A DNA stretch of 12,883 bases from Myxococcota bacterium (GCA_040752415.1 JBFMGU010000291.1:1-12883); one strand, 5' to 3'; shown: positions 1 to 6,984, numbered from the stretch's first letter. The notes: generated from the letters alone by a model not told the origin. Numbers and translations: made by a program.

Positions 1-36
1 GTGGCGTCGGGGTAACGGTGTGGCACCGTCGGCCCC

Positions 37-92
37 GGGCTAGGCATTTCCTTCCACTTTGGCCACCTCCACGACGTGGAAATGCCTAGCCC
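37..92. repeat. Perfect 15-bp inverted repeat (GGGCTAGGCATTTCC-N26-GGAAATGCCTAGCCC); REP/MITE-like palindromic element
   Basis: Left arm 37-51 and right arm 78-92 are exact reverse complements, with CTAG in both arms. The region is non-coding. Confidence 0.85.
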
Positions 93-96
93 CTAC

Positions 97-252
97 GGCT
101 GCGGCGTCGGCTCACGCCCTGGATACCGGCTGGATACCACCGGCGTGACTGCTCCGGGGACACTACCGTGACGACGTCAGGTGACCAGGTAGTATTAGGT
201 GTTCGTCGGCTTCGCCGCACCAGCCTTGGACAACTTGTTCTGACGCAGCCTC
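97..252. other. Structured non-coding region, possibly a MITE or IS-end remnant
   Basis: Nested complementarity: GGCTGCG 97-103 with CGCAGCC 244-250, TCACGCC 112-118 with GGCGTGA 142-148, ACTACC 162-167 with GGTAGT 188-193. Direct repeat CTGGATACC at 119-127 and 130-138. The end ACTTGTTCTGACGCAGCCTC resembles IS1182-type terminal repeats (from memory). Confidence 0.35.
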
Positions 253-355
253 CCCACGGACGCCTTCGGGACCGCGCGGTTCCATGCGTCGAGCGGGTGA
301 CGCACGCGCCCAGCGTGGAGAATGCGCCCGCCCCAACGCGTGTTCCGGCGAAGTC

Positions 356-1120
356 ATGCTGCGCTTCCTGGTGCTCACCCTGGCGGCGGCCATGGTGCTC
401 CCGTTGCTGTTCTTCGAGGGCCTCTATGTTGGGCTCATGGCGGACATGGGAGAGCCGCGCCTGACCTGCCTGCACCCGCGGATTTCCGACGAGGTGGCGC
501 GGGCCCTGTGGGTCGCCGAAGGCAATGAAGGGCCCATTCCCGACGAGACCGAGGCGCCTTGGCCCGTGCTGGGCGTGGTGATGTGGCCCATCGGGAGGTA
601 CCTCGTCACCGAGGGGGCCTCCTCGCGTGGGCGCGCTCAACTGGCCAGCCTGGTTGCCAAGCGGATGCTCTGGAGTACGCACCGGCGGGTCTCCACCATC
701 CACAGGGTGGCGTTGACCATCTGGTTCGGTCGTCACGTCACGCCGCGGGAACAGGTTCAGCAGTACGCCGCCAACTCCTACTTCGGTTACGGTTGGTACG
801 GGATGGACACCGCGGCGCACGGTTATTTCGGCCGCGCGGTCGGCGAGCTGGAGCCTCACGAATACGCGCTGCTGGCCAGCATCGTCGGTGCTCCGCGCGC
901 ACGCGATCCCTGGTGTCGCTCCGACAAAGCGAAGCACCGTCGCGACCATGTCCTGCGGAAGCTCCACGACGCGGGATGGCTGGACAGGTCGACCCTGCAA
1001 CACGCCCTGGGCCAACCGCTGGGCACCAACATCCCCACGCCGCAGCGCTGTCCGGAAGACCGATCCCTTCCGCTCGCAGTGATCTCCGACGAGAAACACG
1101 TCCATTTCCCTGCGGCTTGA
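356..1120 (+). CDS. Transglycosylase-domain (GT51 / monofunctional peptidoglycan glycosyltransferase-like) membrane protein with degenerate catalytic motifs, 254 aa
   Basis: N-terminal hydrophobic helix MLRFLVLTLAAAMVLPLLFF. QYAANSYFGYGWYGMDTAAHGYFGRAVGELEPHEYALLASIVGAP matches the GT51 pattern YLNxxYFGxGxYGxxAAxxxYFGKxxxxLxxxExAxLAxxxxxP, and AKHRRDHVLRKLHDAGWL matches the C-terminal RRxxVLxxMxxxGxI. ATG 356 is preferred over 284 because it begins the hydrophobic helix. Confidence 0.8.
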   Translation: MLRFLVLTLAAAMVLPLLFFEGLYVGLMADMGEPRLTCLHPRISDEVARALWVAEGNEGPIPDETEAPWPVLGVVMWPIGRYLVTEGASSRGRAQLASLVAKRMLWSTHRRVSTIHRVALTIWFGRHVTPREQVQQYAANSYFGYGWYGMDTAAHGYFGRAVGELEPHEYALLASIVGAPRARDPWCRSDKAKHRRDHVLRKLHDAGWLDRSTLQHALGQPLGTNIPTPQRCPEDRSLPLAVISDEKHVHFPAA

Positions 1121-1177
1121 CGACTGCTGCATATTGGTGAAATGGTGTGTATCATGAAGAAAACGGCCGTTGCATCA
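1117..1177 (+). promoter_or_regulatory. Putative sigma70-type promoter and TetR operator region
   Basis: TTGACG 1117-1122, 18-nt spacer, TGn-AATGGT (1138-1146), ending 7 nt before ATG 1154, with no Shine-Dalgarno. Imperfect palindrome TGAAAT-GGTGT-GTATCA 1138-1154 and perfect palindrome AACGGCCGTT 1162-1171. Locally AT-rich. Confidence 0.45.
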
Positions 1178-1774
1178 AAAACCCGGCCCTATGACAACCG
1201 GCTCCGCCAGGAGCAGGCGTCGGAGAACCGCCAGCGCATCCTGGATGCGGCCCTGACGCTGTTGGCGGAGGAACCGGGGAACGCGTTCAGCGTGCAGGCG
1301 GTGGCGCTTCGGGCGGGGGTCTCGGTGCCCACGGTGTGGCGGAACTTCGCGGGGCGGGATGCGCTGCTGGACGCGGTGCAGACAGAGAGCCAGCGCCGCA
1401 TGGGCGCCCCGCCGTGGCCCAGGGACATTGAAGAGATCCCTTCCTGGGTGCCAGCGCTGTTCTCATTCTTCGAAAAGAACCTCGCAGCGGTGCGCGCGGC
1501 GCGGAAGATGGCGGCGCTGCGAGAGATCCACACCCGCGGCCGCGCCGCTCGCGACCGTCAGCTGAGGAAGCTGGTGGAGGCGGCCACGCCCGGAATGTCT
1601 CCCGCGCAACAAGCCGCGTGGACGGGCGTCTTCCGCGCCTTGCTGAGCTCACAGACCTACCTCGACCTGATGGACCGCTTTGGCGCCAACCGCGCGGCCG
1701 CCGAGGAGGTGGTGATGCAGGCAGTCGCGGCAACGATCACGGCCCTCAAGGGCCAGGGGAGGGGAAAGCCATGA
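1154..1774 (+). CDS. TetR/AcrR family transcriptional regulator, 206 aa (alternative start 1142)
   Basis: RPYDNRLRQEQASENRQRILDAALTLL followed by the HTH FSVQAVALRAGVSVPTVWRNFAGRDALL. Typical TetR size. Confidence 0.93.
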   Translation: MKKTAVASKTRPYDNRLRQEQASENRQRILDAALTLLAEEPGNAFSVQAVALRAGVSVPTVWRNFAGRDALLDAVQTESQRRMGAPPWPRDIEEIPSWVPALFSFFEKNLAAVRAARKMAALREIHTRGRAARDRQLRKLVEAATPGMSPAQQAAWTGVFRALLSSQTYLDLMDRFGANRAAAEEVVMQAVAATITALKGQGRGKP

Positions 1775-3429
1775 GTCCACAGCCACCCGGACCGGGAAGC
1801 TGGACGCTGGATGCCACGCATTGCGAGCGCGCCCACAGCGGCTACCTCAGCTCGCGCTTCGCGGAGAACTACACACAGGGCATGCGCGAGAGCATGGCGC
1901 GTTACGGCGCGCTCCTGGACACGCTGGAGTGCCGTCTCGTCGACGGATTCACCTACACCTCTCCCCGCCCGCTCGGCGCTCCGCCGGGGGCCCGGACACC
2001 GCCCGCGTGGCTGTTCTGGATGTTGGTCCGCCTGGTGCCCCCGCTGCGGGCGCGCACCGCGGTGGCGGCGGAGGTGATGCGGACCCGTCGGTGGCGGGAG
2101 GATGTGCACCACTTCTCCACCGTGTTGTGGCCGCGTTGGCAGCAGCGACTGCGCGCGCTGGCGCAGCAGGAGCCCACCCGGCTCGACGACGCCGCGCTGG
2201 GTGAGCACCTGCGCGAATGCGACGCCGCGCTGTGGGACGGGCTCGGGGAACACTTCCAGCTCAGCCTGGCCACCATCGTCCCGGTGGGGGACTTCGCGGC
2301 CCACGTCGTGGAATGGACCGGCTGCACGCCCGGTGACGTCATGGCGCTGCTGCGCGGACACTCGCCGGCGTCGTTGGATGCGCTCCAGACGTTGGACGCG
2401 GTGGTCTCCGCGCTGCGCACCCGTCCTGACGCACGCGCCTGGCTGGATGCTCCACCCGCGGAAGCCCTGGAACGCCTCCGTACCGACGAGGGCGAGCTGG
2501 GCGCGGCGGCGCGCACGTGGTTGTGGGAGGTGGGCGAGCGCGTCCTCTCCGGTCACGACGTCCACGAGCCCCGCGCCATCGAGGTGCCGGGCGTGATGGT
2601 CCGTTCCCTGGTCCAGCGGCTGAACGCGCCCGCGACCACGTCGCCGCAGGAGGACCCGGTGGCCGCGCTGCGCACCCGTGTCCCCGCCGAGCACCGCGCC
2701 ACGTTCGACGAGCTGCTCCACGAGGCGCGCCTGGCCCACCCGCTGCGCGACGGTCGCTCGACGGTGGACTTCTGGACCATGGGGCTGGCCCGTCGTGCGC
2801 TGCTGGAGGCGGGACAACGGCTGACCACCCGGGGCCGCCTGCGCGCGCCGGAGCACACCCTGGACCTGCGCCTGGACGAGGTGCTGCAGCTGCTCGCGGG
2901 AGCCACCTCCCCCGACGCCACGGAAGCGGAGCGCCGCTACACCACGCGCAGCCGCGCCACCTGCAGTGAGATGCCGGAGCTCCTCGGTCCGCCCCCGGAA
3001 GCGCCTCCTCCCGCCGAGCTGCTCCCCGCGCCGGCAGCGCGCGTGGCGCGGGCGATGAACCTCTACATCGACCTCATGTTCCGCGAGGCGGATCGACGTC
3101 GTGACGACAACACCGTGCGGGGCATTGCCGCCAGTCCCGGTCGCACCGTGGGGCAGGCGCGCCTGGTGCTGGGGCCGGAGGACTTCTCCCGCATTGTCGC
3201 CGGAGACGTGCTCGTGGCCCGGCTCACCACGCCCGCCTACAACTGTGTGCTCCCGTTGCTCTCCGGCATTGCCACCGAGCGCGGGGGATTGCTCTCGCAC
3301 CCGGCCATCGTCGCGCGCGAGTACGGAATGCCCGGCGTGGTGGGCGCGCGCGGCATCCTGGAGCTGATCCGTGACGGCGACCGCATCGAGGTCGACGGCG
3401 ACGCGGGAACCGTGCGGGTGCTGCGATGA
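1771..3429 (+). CDS. PEP-utilising enzyme subunit: large helical substrate-binding region plus C-terminal swivelling phospho-His domain (rifamycin phosphotransferase / phenylphosphate synthase alpha / CreH-like), 552 aa
   Basis: C-terminal VRGIAASPG...GDVLVARLTTP...GIATERGGLLSHPAIVAREYGMPGVVG...IRDGDRIEVDGDAGTV is the PEP-utilisers mobile domain, with His510 at 3298-3300. N-terminal WTLDATH. ATG 1771 overlaps the TetR stop (ATGA) and follows the SD-like GGGGAGGGG. Confidence 0.88.
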   Translation: MSPQPPGPGSWTLDATHCERAHSGYLSSRFAENYTQGMRESMARYGALLDTLECRLVDGFTYTSPRPLGAPPGARTPPAWLFWMLVRLVPPLRARTAVAAEVMRTRRWREDVHHFSTVLWPRWQQRLRALAQQEPTRLDDAALGEHLRECDAALWDGLGEHFQLSLATIVPVGDFAAHVVEWTGCTPGDVMALLRGHSPASLDALQTLDAVVSALRTRPDARAWLDAPPAEALERLRTDEGELGAAARTWLWEVGERVLSGHDVHEPRAIEVPGVMVRSLVQRLNAPATTSPQEDPVAALRTRVPAEHRATFDELLHEARLAHPLRDGRSTVDFWTMGLARRALLEAGQRLTTRGRLRAPEHTLDLRLDEVLQLLAGATSPDATEAERRYTTRSRATCSEMPELLGPPPEAPPPAELLPAPAARVARAMNLYIDLMFREADRRRDDNTVRGIAASPGRTVGQARLVLGPEDFSRIVAGDVLVARLTTPAYNCVLPLLSGIATERGGLLSHPAIVAREYGMPGVVGARGILELIRDGDRIEVDGDAGTVRVLR

Positions 3430-4223
3430 GGGCGGTGCCGCTGCACCAGGCCGACGAGGTGGCGCGCTACGGCGGAAAGGCCGCGGGCCTGGCGCGCTGC
3501 GTGGCGGCGGGGTTGCCCGTGCCAGAAGGCGTGGCGTTGTCGTGGCGGCTGGTGGAGGCGTGGCTGGAAGGCGCGCCGGAGGCGTTGCATGCGCTGGCTG
3601 CCGTCGAGGAGCTGCTGAGGCACGGGCCGGTGGCGGTGCGTTCCTCCGCCGTGGGTGAGGACGGGGAGCGCGCCAGCTACGCCGGTCAGCACGCCACGGT
3701 GCTGGGGGTCCGGAGCATGGAGGCGGTGCACGCCGCGGTGCGCACCGTGCATCTCTCGCGACGCTCCTCCGAGGCCTACCGCGCGCGTCGCGAGCTCGAC
3801 GGTGAGTTGCGCATGGCGGTGGTGGTGCAACGCCTGGTGCCGGCGCGTTGCGCGGGCGTGCTGTTCACCCGCTGCCCGGTCAGCAAGCGTGACGAGCGCG
3901 TGGCGGAGGTCAACTGGGGCCTGGGTGAAACGGTGGTCTCCGGGGAGGCGCTGCCGGATCGACTCCGTTGGCACCGGGGTGGCCACAACCTCCGCTGCGA
4001 CGTGGGCGACAAGGACGTGCGCGCCGTGGTGGGCCCCGAGGGGCTGACCCATGAGACGGTTCCGCCGGAGCTCCGCGCGGCGCCGTGCCTTGGCCTGCGG
4101 GAGGTCCAGGCGCTCGAACAATTGGCGGCCACGTGCGAGTCGCTCTTCGGTCCTTCCGACCTGGAGTTCGCCGTGGAGGCGGGCCACTCCTGGCTCCTGC
4201 AGTGCCGACCGGTGACCACATGA
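3426..4223 (+). CDS. Stand-alone PEP/pyruvate-binding (PPDK_N, ATP-grasp) subunit, phenylphosphate synthase beta / CreI-like, 265 aa
   Basis: Motifs GGKAAGL, GLPVPEG, VAVRSSAVGEDGERASYAGQH, VVVQRLV, AGVLFT, WGLGETVVSG, DLEFAV and LLQCRPVT. ATGA overlap with the upstream gene. Confidence 0.92.
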   Translation: MRAVPLHQADEVARYGGKAAGLARCVAAGLPVPEGVALSWRLVEAWLEGAPEALHALAAVEELLRHGPVAVRSSAVGEDGERASYAGQHATVLGVRSMEAVHAAVRTVHLSRRSSEAYRARRELDGELRMAVVVQRLVPARCAGVLFTRCPVSKRDERVAEVNWGLGETVVSGEALPDRLRWHRGGHNLRCDVGDKDVRAVVGPEGLTHETVPPELRAAPCLGLREVQALEQLAATCESLFGPSDLEFAVEAGHSWLLQCRPVTT

Positions 4224-5200
4224 GCGCAACCCTGATGCAGATTGAATCCGTCCACGCGGTGCTGGTGGCCGGCCGGGACACGGGCCTGTTGCAGCGCCTT
4301 GCCGCCGCGCCCGCCACGTCGGTGAACCTGGCCCGTGAGCTCGGCCTGGACGCCGTCGCCACGGAGCGCGCGCTGGAGGTGCTGCACGCCTGGGGCATGG
4401 TGGAGCGTGAAGGTGGGGTGTTCCGTTGCACGTCGTGGTTTGCCAACGAGCTGCGCGGGCCGGAGGGCCTGGCTGGCGCGGGACGCATCTGGGCTGCCAT
4501 GCCCAACTACCTGCGCACCGGATCCACGCTGATGGGTGAGGGCACCGCCAACCGTGACCGCGCCTACCCCGAGGTGGTGCCACGCCTCGCCGCCATGTTC
4601 GACCAGGCCGCGCGCGCCTTTGCCGTCGAGGTGGCGGCCCGGTTGCCGCGCGGCGCCGTGATCCTCGACGTGGGCGCGGGCAGCGCGCCGTGGTCGCTGG
4701 CGGTGCTGGACGTGCGCCCCGACGTGACACTGCGCCTGCTGGACCTGCCCCAGGTGTGTGAGGCCACGCGCGCCGCCGCCACCGCGCGAGGTCACGGCTC
4801 CCGCGTGGACATCCTGGCGGGCGACTACATGTCCGCCCCGCTGCCCGTCGAGACCCTCGACCTCGTCATTGCCGCCAACGTGCTGCACCTGGAGGGTGAG
4901 GAGCGCGCGGCGGCGTTGGTGGCGCGCCTGGCTCCCACGTTGCGCGCGGGCGGCTGGCTGGCGGTGGTGGACGCGCTGGCGGGTGACGACGAGGCTGGTC
5001 GGCGCGCCCATGCTGCGTACGCGTTGCACCTCGCGCTGCGGCTGCCCGGCGGCTATCCGCACCTGCCCGCCACGCTGGCGCGGTGGATGACGGCGGCGGG
5101 ACTCATTCCACGGGAGCCCACCGTGCTCTCCCGGGAGACCATGGTGCTGGGCGTGGTGTGGGGGCAGCGTCCTCGGGACCTGTACCTGGGAGGGGACTGA
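4220..5200 (+). CDS. SAM-dependent class I O-methyltransferase (Methyltransf_2 type, with N-terminal winged-helix dimerisation domain), 326 aa
   Basis: N-terminal GLLQRLAAAPATSVNLARELGLDAVATERALEVLHAWGMV. SAM motif I ILDVGAGSA, then LLDLPQV, AGDYM and DLVIAANVLH. ATG 4220 overlaps the upstream stop (ATGA). Confidence 0.92.
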   Translation: MSATLMQIESVHAVLVAGRDTGLLQRLAAAPATSVNLARELGLDAVATERALEVLHAWGMVEREGGVFRCTSWFANELRGPEGLAGAGRIWAAMPNYLRTGSTLMGEGTANRDRAYPEVVPRLAAMFDQAARAFAVEVAARLPRGAVILDVGAGSAPWSLAVLDVRPDVTLRLLDLPQVCEATRAAATARGHGSRVDILAGDYMSAPLPVETLDLVIAANVLHLEGEERAAALVARLAPTLRAGGWLAVVDALAGDDEAGRRAHAAYALHLALRLPGGYPHLPATLARWMTAAGLIPREPTVLSRETMVLGVVWGQRPRDLYLGGD

Positions 5201-6984
5201 TGAGCAGCCAGGCGCCGGTGGGTCGGGTGGTGCTGGTCTTCACCGACGTGCAGGGAAGCACCCAGCTCTGGGAGGAGCTGCCCGAGGAGATGCGCACCGC
5301 GCTCTCCATGCATGACGAGGTGATGCGCCAGCTCCTTGCCGAGCACAACGGTTACGAGGTGAAGACCGAGGGTGACGCGTTCATGGCCGCGTTTGCGCGG
5401 GTGGAGGACGCGGTGCGCTGGTGCGTGGAGACGCAGCGCGCGCTGGTGCTGGTGGATTGGCCCGCGGGCATTGCGTCCCGGGGAGGACTGCTGGTGCGCG
5501 CCGGGATCCTCGCCGGAGAGGCGGACTGTCGACCCAACCCGCTCACCGGGCGCATGGACTACTTCGGTCCCACCGTGAACCGCGCGGCGCGCGTGGCGGG
5601 CGCGGCACACGGAGGCCAGGTTCTCGTCGAGGAGAGCACGTTCCAGGCGCTGGAGCCGTTGGATGGCACGGTGTGCCAGGCGCTGGGGAGCTACCGCTTC
5701 AAGGGCTTGCGGGAGCCGCTCGGTCTCGTCCAGGTGGTGCCCGCGGACCTGGCCGACCGTCGCTTCGGGCCGCCGCGCACCGAGTCCTCCGGTGACTCCA
5801 CCGTGGTGACCCACAGCGGCACGTCCCTGGACGTGGAAGCAGCGGTGCGGGCCGCCGCGGATGGGCTCCTGGCGCGCGGCACGGTGCGACGCAACCGCGG
5901 CCTCGCCCACCTGGCCAGCGAGGATCTCCGTGCCGCCTGCTCGTGCGCGCGGCTGGCGGGGCTGGCGGGCGTGGAGCGTCGTGCGGAGCTGCTGCTGATT
6001 GAGGCGGACGGTGAGCTGACACCCCCGGAGCGCGTGCGTCGGCTCGAGGAGCTCCGGGACCGCGCGGAACACTCGCGCGACGACTGGGTGGCCGTGCGCG
6101 CGGCGCTCCAACTGGGCTCGGCGTGGATGACCGCGGGAGACCTGGCCCGCTGCGCCAGCACGCTCTCCGCCGCCCGCGTCCGCGCCGAGGCCAGCGGTGA
6201 CCCGGATGCCACCGCCGCCGCGCTCCTCGCGGAAGCCCTCCTCGCCCGACGACGCAGCGACCTGGACGAGGTGGCCGCCAAGGCGCAGCGCGCGCTGGAG
6301 GTGGTGGAGCAGGCGGGTCTCCGTCGTCACCGCAGCTCGGCGCTGGTGGAGCTGGCGCGGGTGCGGATCTGGCGTGGGGATCCGGCGGGAGAACCCTTGC
6401 TGGAGCGGGCGCTCAAGGAGGCGCGCCAGGCCGGCGACGCGCGCGAGATCTCCGTGGCCATGCTGGAGCTGGCCAGCGCGCTGATGCGTCGTCACGCGTG
6501 GAATGATGCGCTGCGGTGGGTGCGTCGGTCGCAGCAGCAGGCCCGCTCCATGGGGTGGCAGGAAGGTGTGGCGCGCGGGCGTCTGGTGGAAGCGCTCTCA
6601 CTGCTCTTCCTCGGCGACACCGAAGCATGCGTGCGCCTCCTGCGTGAAGTCGACCTCCGCGCCATCGCGGTCTACGGCGGGATCAGCGTGGCGGCGCACC
6701 GGCTGCACCTCGCGGCGGCATTCGCGCAGCAGGGCCGGAACGACGAGACGCAGTGCGAGCTGGCCCTGGCGCGCGAAGCGTTGTCATTCGCTCCCGCGCA
6801 CCCGCTGTGGACGATGCTGGGGGAGGTGGAAGCGCTGTTGCGGCTCCGCAATGGCGACGTGGTGGGCGCGCGGGAACGTCTCAGCGCGCTGCCGGACCGT
6901 CCCCGGATGCTCGCGCCGTTGTTGGAAGCGGCCACGGCCCCTGGTCGCGGCGACCTCACCCGGCCGCTGGGCACCGTGCCGTGA
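5200..6984 (+). CDS. Class III adenylate cyclase with C-terminal TPR-like helical repeats, 594 aa
   Basis: FTDVQGSTQLWE (D16), GYEVKTEGDAFM (K55, D59) and RMDYFGPTVNRAAR (D120, N127, R131) supply the metal-binding, adenine-specifying and transition-state residues. The C-terminal ~370 aa are Ala/Leu-rich helical repeats. TGATG overlap with the methyltransferase stop, with SD-like GGGAGGGG upstream. Confidence 0.92.
   Translation: MSSQAPVGRVVLVFTDVQGSTQLWEELPEEMRTALSMHDEVMRQLLAEHNGYEVKTEGDAFMAAFARVEDAVRWCVETQRALVLVDWPAGIASRGGLLVRAGILAGEADCRPNPLTGRMDYFGPTVNRAARVAGAAHGGQVLVEESTFQALEPLDGTVCQALGSYRFKGLREPLGLVQVVPADLADRRFGPPRTESSGDSTVVTHSGTSLDVEAAVRAAADGLLARGTVRRNRGLAHLASEDLRAACSCARLAGLAGVERRAELLLIEADGELTPPERVRRLEELRDRAEHSRDDWVAVRAALQLGSAWMTAGDLARCASTLSAARVRAEASGDPDATAAALLAEALLARRRSDLDEVAAKAQRALEVVEQAGLRRHRSSALVELARVRIWRGDPAGEPLLERALKEARQAGDAREISVAMLELASALMRRHAWNDALRWVRRSQQQARSMGWQEGVARGRLVEALSLLFLGDTEACVRLLREVDLRAIAVYGGISVAAHRLHLAAAFAQQGRNDETQCELALAREALSFAPAHPLWTMLGEVEALLRLRNGDVVGARERLSALPDRPRMLAPLLEAATAPGRGDLTRPLGTVP

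Noticed and set aside
86..1132. 348-aa minus-strand ORF
   Set aside because: Antisense to the transglycosylase-domain gene, with no motifs.
1771..4223. Naming these genes ppsA/ppdK (PEP synthase/PPDK) or rph
   Set aside because: There is no pyruvate-binding barrel, the architecture is split, and substrate specificity cannot be read from the sequence. No symbol was assigned.
1618..5199. Extended ORF-track starts at 1618, 4085 and 5083
   Set aside because: They overlap upstream genes by more than 100 nt. The starts at 1771, 4220 and 5200 give stop/start coupling and begin at domain boundaries.
1657..6495. Long minus-strand ORFs (1657-3300, 3237-4730, 3776-5062, 5053-6495)
   Set aside because: Antisense shadows of well-supported plus-strand genes in GC-rich DNA. 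They are Arg/Gly/Pro-rich with no recognisable motifs.
5200..6984. Pycsar/CBASS-type anti-phage cyclase system
   Set aside because: The cyclase has canonical adenine-specifying Lys/Asp residues, and no cyclic-nucleotide-binding TM/TIR effector is adjacent. The context is TetR-regulated and metabolic.
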